From NCBI RefSeq assembly GCF_009914755.1, contig NC_060944.1: DNA of 64,000 bases; one strand, 5' to 3'. Position numbers and translations under genes: made by a program. Numbering within the stretch: position 1 is the stretch's first letter; each line of letters starts with the position of its first letter. The DNA is from the human T2T-CHM13v2.0 reference genome, Homo sapiens. Shown here one piece after another: positions 58,280 to 64,000 of the stretch. Under the pieces are notes generated by a model. It was not told where the DNA came from, searched no databases, and was given only the letters and a program-made list of their open reading frames with translations.

Positions 58280-58680
58280 AACCCCCAAACGCCGAGATTC
58301 TCCACGCCAGAGGCCCGGTGGGTGGGTGAGGGGCCTGCCAAGCCTGGGAGATTTATTTGCAGGATTTTCCCCACGGACTCATAACTGAAATCGCAGAAGG
58401 CCTTGCGGTTTAGAGGCCCTGTCTCATGCCCCAAATTGCATTTTCCCGGAAAGGGCTCAGGGCGACTGAGGTCCCCACCGCCGCTGCGGAGCAGGCTAGG
58501 GACTGGGGCAGGTCCCGGCACAGGGGAGGGGGGCGGGGGCGCTGCCAAGGTCTCACAGCTGAAGAGGGAAGCCAGCCGGGGCCTACGGAAAGCTGGAAAA
58601 TGCGCTCAGGCCGGGCCGTGCTCATGGCTGGGATCACAGCGCCACCCTGTGGCCGACGCTCTCCTTCGGCTCGCAACAGT
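58280..58680. promoter_or_regulatory. CpG-rich, promoter/enhancer-like patch with a GC box
   Basis: Locally dense CpGs; ggggaggggggcgggggc at 58523-58540 (SP/KLF-type). Confidence 0.5.
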
Positions 58681-59261
58681 CTGGAGAAATTGAATTGCAT
58701 TCTTCATGGAGAAACACAGACCGAAAAAGATCTTCCAGCCCAGCAGCAAGAAAACCACCACTGACTTTTAGAAGTCGAGTGCAAACAGAACAGAAAGGTA
58801 GTGAACGCCACCTCCCCCTGACTCCTCTCTTTCTCTGGAAATCTGCCCCAGGAGGTTTTGTGTTTCTTTCATACATTGTTTTTGCACAGAAAAAGTCTCT
58901 CTCATGCACACATGAGACTCCTGAGACCACCTCACTCCTGCCCTGCACACTTTGTGCACACTCCTGGATCAGCGATGCCCTTCTGTCTCCTGGCACACGC
59001 AGGCCACAGCCAGAGGCCACCCCCACCCCACTGGCAAGTTGGCGTCTGCAGGCAGAGTTCACGGGTCACTCAATCCCAGGCCTGGGCCCAGCAGGGGCCT
59101 GAGTGGTCCTTGCCCACAAGGCGGACAGCCTTGAGGACCCAGGAGCCAGGACCATGCTGCCGGGGCCTGATCCCCAGCCTTGCGTAACTTCTGGCAACTT
59201 CTTGCTCTCTGCATGCCCGTTTCCTTGTCTGTAAAATGATAGGATTCAATGAAGACACAGC

Positions 59262-59353
59262 TGGTTCAAGAGATCTGTTGTACAACGTGGTGACTCTAGT
59301 TAGTGACAGTGTACACCTGCTTGAACATTGCTACATAGGATCTTAAGTGTTCT
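59262..59353 (+). mobile_element. L1MA-type 3' UTR fragment (target of the HERV-E insertion)
   Basis: gttcaagagatctgttgtacaacgtggtgactctagtta...ttaagtgttct, cut off by the LTR. Confidence 0.65.
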
Positions 59354-59856
59354 TATGGAATGAGACCACCACTTCTCCTGTTGTCCTTCCCAGCTTCCCC
59401 ACCTCCCCTTTTCCCTAGTTTATAAGACAGTAGAAAAGGGAGAAAGCAAAAAGTTGGAAAGAAACAGAAGTAAGATAAATAGCTAGACGACCTTGGCGCC
59501 GCCACCTGGCCCTGGTGGTTAAAACAATAATAATAATATTAACCCCTGACCAAAACTACTGGTGTTATCTGTAAATTCCAGACATTGTATGAGAAAGCAC
59601 TGCAAAACTTTTTGTTCTGTTAGCTGATGTATGTAGCCCCTAGTCACGTTCCTCACACTTACTTGATCTATCATGACCCTTTCACGTGGACCCCTTAGAG
59701 TTGTAAGCCCTTAAAAGGGCTAGGAATTTCTTTTTCGGGGAGCTCAGCTCTTAAGACTTGAGTCTGCCGATGCTACCAGCCGAATAAAAACCTCTTCCTT
59801 CTCTTCCTTCTTTAATCCGGGTCTGAGGAGTTTTGTCTGCGGCTCATCCTGCTACA
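59354..59856 (+). mobile_element. HERV-E 5' LTR (LTR2B-like)
   Basis: gagaccacc near the start; ccccttagagttgtaagcccttaaaaggg; AATAAA; ends gtctgcggctcatcctgctaCA; followed by a PBS. Confidence 0.92.
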
Positions 59857-59861
59857 TTTCT

Positions 59862-59879
59862 TGGTTCCCTGACCGGGAA
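59862..59879 (+). promoter_or_regulatory. Primer-binding site for tRNA-Glu
   Basis: TGGTTCCCTGACCGGGAA is complementary to the tRNA-Glu 3' end (...TTCCCGGTCAGGGAACCA), the defining HERV-E feature. Confidence 0.93.
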
Positions 59880-60402
59880 GCGAGGTGATTACTGGATGGT
59901 CGAGTCAGCCCCTTAGGCAGCTTAGGCCTGCCCTGTGGAGCATCCCTGCGGGGGACTCCGGCCAGCTCGAGCGACGTGGATCCTGAGAGCGTTCCCGGGT
60001 AGGCACTTGCCCCTGTGGAACGCCTCATCAGAGCAGTGTATGGCAGGCCCCCATGGAGGATCAACGCAGTGGCTGAACACCAGGAAGGAACTGGCACTTT
60101 AAGTCTGGACATCTGAAACTTGGTAAGACTGGTCTTTGGAACTTGCCCCACTCCATTTGAGTGGAAGCGTGGCCTGATCACCCATGGTGTGCCTGTACTG
60201 GCATTTTGGTTTTTGTTTTTGACTTGACTTGAATTGCTTGATACTTTGGTTTTGGTTTTGACCTGGCTTGGATTTCTGGATGCTCTGATTTTGGTTTTGA
60301 TTCTGTTTGGTGTAAACTGAAAAAGTGTGTTTGTGCCCTTTTAACCCGTTCTTTGTTCTGTGGTGTGCGTGGTATGAGCTTGGTGTTTTGTCTCGAGGAA
60401 AC

Positions 60403-61851
60403 ATGGGTCAGACACAAAGTAAGCTCACTCCACTAGGAACTATGTTGAAAAATTTTAAGAAGGGATTTAATGGACACTATGGGGTTACTATGACATCAGA
60501 GAAACTTAGAACTTTGTGTGAAATAGATTGGCCAACATTAGAAGTAGGTTGGCCATCAGAAGGAAGCCTGGACAGATCCCTTGTTTCTAAGGTATGGCAC
60601 ATGGTAACTGGTAAGTCAGGACACTCAGACCAGTTCCCGTACATAGACACTTGGTTACAGCTGGTGCTAGACCCCCCACAGTGGCTAAAAGGGCAGGCAG
60701 CAGCAGTGCTAGTAGCAAAGGGACAGATAGCCAAGGAAGGATCCCGCTCCACCTGCCAAGGGAAATCAACTCCCGAAGTTCTGTTCAACCCAACATCAGA
60801 AGATCCATTGCAGGAGATGGCACCAGTGATCCCAGTGGTGCCCTCCCCTTACCAGAGAAAGAGGCTCCCCACTCTTGAGCCCACAGTGCTTGCACCTCCA
60901 CAAAACAAACATATCCTTAGGCCACCCAGAGTAAACAAGAGAGGAGTTGAAGCCTCCGGAGAAACTCCTCCCTTGGCAGCTCATTTAAGACCCAAAACTG
61001 GGATACAAATGCTCCTGAGAGAGCAGCAGTATACTGGGATAGATGAGGATGGTCATGTTGTGGAGAGGCATGTTTTTGCATACCAGCCCTTCACCTCTGC
61101 CGACCTTCTCAACTGGAAAAACAATACCCCGTCCTATACTGAAAAGCCACAAGCTCTAACTGATTTGCTCCAAACTATTATCCAGACCCATAACCCCACT
61201 TGGGCTGATTGCCACCAGCTGCTCATGTTCCTCTTTAACACAGATGTAAGGTGGAGAGTGCTCCAAGCAGCAACTAAGTGGCTAGAGGAACGTGCACTGG
61301 CTGATTACCAAAATCCCCAAGAGTATGTAAGGACCCAGTTACCAGGAACCGAACCCCAGTGGGACCCAAATGAAAGAGAGGATATGCAAAGGCTAAACTG
61401 ATACAGGGAAGCTCTCTTGGAAGGATTAAAGAGGGGATCCCAGAAGGCCACAAATGTTAACAAGGTCTCTGAGGTCATTCAGGGAAAAGAAGAAAGTCCA
61501 GCACAATTCTACGAGAGATTGTGTGAGGCCTATCGTATGCATACTCCCTTTGATCCTGATAGCCCTGAAAATCAGTGCATGATTAACATGGCTTTAGTTA
61601 GTCAAAGCACTGAAGACATTAGAAGAAAACTGCAGAAACAGGATGGGTTTGCAAGGATGAATACATCACAGTTATTAGAAGTAGCTAACCAGGTGTTTGT
61701 AAACAGGGATGCAGTAAGCTGTAAGGAAAATTGCAAAGAGAATGAACGTCAGGCCCGGCGAAACACCGACCTGTTTGTTAGCTGCAGCAATCAGAGGGGT
61801 ACCCCCAAAGAGGCAAGGGAAGGGGAGCCCTGGGAAAGAAACTCAGCCTTG
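60403..61851 (+). pseudogene. gag: HERV-E gag: open for 332 codons (60403-61401), one TGA, continues in frame through the capsid MHR, then a frameshift and the L1 insertion
   Basis: MGQTQS myristoylation start; matrix TLCEIDWPTLEVGWPSEGS; capsid YQPFTSADLLNWK and THNPTWADCHQLL; MHR IQGKEESPAQFYERL; tgtt duplication at 61772-61779. Confidence 0.93.
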
Positions 61852-64000
61852 AGAAACAGCTCCAGTCTACAGCTCCCAGCGTGAGCGATGCAGAAGATGG
61901 GTGATTTCTGCATTTCCATCTGAGGTACCGGGTTCATCTCACTAGGGAGTGCCAGACAGTGGGAGCAGGACAGTGGGTGCAGCACACTCTGCGAGAGCCA
62001 AAGCAAGGTGAGGCACTGCCTCACTCGGGAAGTGCAAGGGGTCAGGGAGTTCCCTTTCCTAGTCAGAGAAAGGGGTGACAGACGGCACCTGGAAAATCGG
62101 GTCACTCCCACCCTAATACTGCACTTTTCCAACAGGCTTAAAAAAATGGCACACCAGGAGATTATATCCCGCACATGGCTCGGAGGGTCCTATGCCTGCG
62201 GAGTCTCACTGATTGCTAGCACAGCAGTCTGAGATCAAACTGCAAGGTGGTAGCAAGGCTGGGGGAGGGGCGCTTGCCATTGCCCAGGCTTGATTAGGTA
62301 AACAAAGCAGCTGGGAAGCTCGAACTGGGTGGAGCCCAACACAGCTCAAGGAGGCCTTCCTGCCTCTGTAGGCTCCACCTCTGGGGGGCAGGGCACAGAC
62401 ATACAAAAAGACAGCAGTAATCTCTGCAGACTTAAATGTCCCTGTCTGACAGCTTTGAAGAGAGCAGTGGTTCTCCCAGCATGAAGCTGGAGATATGAGA
62501 ACGGGCAGACTGCCTCCTCAAGTGGGTCCCTGACCCCCGACCCCCAAGCAGCCTAACTGGGAAGCACCCCCCAGTAGGGGCAGACTGACACCTCACACGG
62601 CCGGGTACTCCTCTGAGACAAAACTTCCAGAGGAACGATCAGGCAGCAGCATTTGCAGTTCACCAATATCCGCTGTTCTACAGCCACCACTGTTCTGCAG
62701 CCACCGCTGCTGATACCCAGGCAAACAGGGTCTGGAGTGGAACTCTAGCAAACTCTAGCAGACCTGCAGCTGAGGGTCCTGTCTGTTAGAAGGAAAACTA
62801 ACAAACAGAAAGGACATCCACACCAAAAACCCATCTGTACATCACCATCATCAAAGACAAAAGTAGATAAAACCACAAAGATGGGGAAAAAACAGAGCAG
62901 AAAAACTGGAAACTCTAAAAAGCAGAGCGCCTCTCCTCCTCCAAAGGAACACAGCTCCTCACCAGCAATGGAACAAAGCTGGATGGAGAATGACTTTGAC
63001 GAGATGAGAGAAGAAGGCTTCAGACGATCAAACTACTCTGACCTACAGGAGGAAATTCAAACCAATGGCAAAGAAGTTAAAAACTTTGAAAAAAAATAGA
63101 CGAATGGATATCTAGAATAACCAATGCAGAGAAGTCCTTAAAGGAGCTGATGGAGCTGAAAGCAAAGGCTCGAGAACTACATGAAGAATGCAGAAGCCTC
63201 AGGAGCTGATGGAATCAACTGGAAGAAAGGGTATCAGTGATGGAAGATGAAATGAATGAAATGAAGTGAGAAGGAAAGTTTAGAGAAAAAAGAATAAAAA
63301 GAAACAAACAACACCTCCAAGAAATATGGGACTATGTGAAAAGACCAAATCTACGTCTGATTGCTGTACCTGAAAGTGACGGGGAGAATGAAAACAAGTT
63401 GGAAAACACTCTCCAGGATATTATCCAGGAGAACTTCCCCAGTCTAGCAAGGCAGGCCAACATTCAGATTCAGGAAATACAGAGAATGCCACAAAGATAC
63501 TCCTCAAGAAGAGCAACTCCAAGACACATAATTGTCAGATTCACCAAAGTTGAAATGAAGGAAAAAATGTTAAGGGCAGCCAGAGAGAAAGGTCGGGTTA
63601 CCCAAAAAGGGAAGCCCATGAGACTAACAGTGGATCTCTTGGCAGAAACTCTACAAGCCAGAAGAGAGTGGGGGCCAATATTCAACGTTCTTAAGGAAAA
63701 GAATTTTTAACCCAGAATTTTATATCCAGCCAAACTAAGCTTCGTAAGTGAAGGAGAAATAAAATCCTTTACAGAAAAGCAAATGTTGAGAGATTTTGTC
63801 ACCACCAGGCCTGCCCTAAAAGAGCTCCTGAAGGAAGCACTAAACATGGAAAGGAACAACCGGTACCAGCCACTGCAAAAACATGCCAAAATATAAAGAC
63901 CATCAAGGCTAGGAAGAAACCGCATCAACTAACAAGCAAAATAACCAGCTAACATCATAATGACAGGATCAAATTCACACATAACAATACTAACTTTAAA
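61852..64000 (+). mobile_element. LINE-1 (long-5'UTR L1PA3/L1PA4-like) inserted in gag; runs off the window
   Basis: 5' UTR lacks the first ~20-25 nt and carries an extra ~145-bp segment at 62612-62756; ORF1 starts at 62881; ORF2 ATG at 63960 ([13 protein letters not shown]). Confidence 0.95.
62881..63896 (+). pseudogene. L1 ORF1p, disrupted at several points
   Basis: MGKKQSRK start; stops at 63097-63099 and 63708-63710, plus CGA>TGA changes. Confidence 0.92.

Noticed and set aside
59862-59879. tRNA-Glu-like sequence as a tRNA gene
   Set aside because: Only the 18-nt complement of the tRNA 3' end, at the retroviral PBS position.
61417-61884. 155-aa ORF as a gag-L1 fusion gene
   Set aside because: It is the post-stop continuation of gag, frameshifted at 61772-61779 and ending about 30 nt into the L1 5' UTR.

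Overview
This is mammalian DNA, and the Alu, L1PA and HERV-E content makes it great-ape or human. I recognise no host protein-coding exon; most of the window is layered transposable elements between GC-rich unique stretches. Main elements: (1) A full-length, TSD-bounded L1PA2-like LINE-1 (40733-46751) with an open 1275-aa ORF2, but an ORF1 broken by a 10-bp deletion. (2) A HERV-E provirus 5' end (LTR2B-like LTR, tRNA-Glu primer-binding site, nearly intact gag), interrupted by an older L1PA3/PA4-type element that lacks its YY1 site. (3) A near full-length ancient L1MB-type element (about 22710-29600) carrying several younger templated-insertion and fold-back scars. (4) A twin-primed, 5'-inverted L1 insertion. 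(5) A roughly 250-bp-arm inverted repeat at 56798-57712, next to a CpG-rich promoter-like patch. There are also many MaLR/ERV LTRs, Alus, DNA-transposon MITEs and minisatellites. I found no convincing wholly new gene system. Subfamily names come from remembered consensus sequences and need RepeatMasker/Dfam confirmation.
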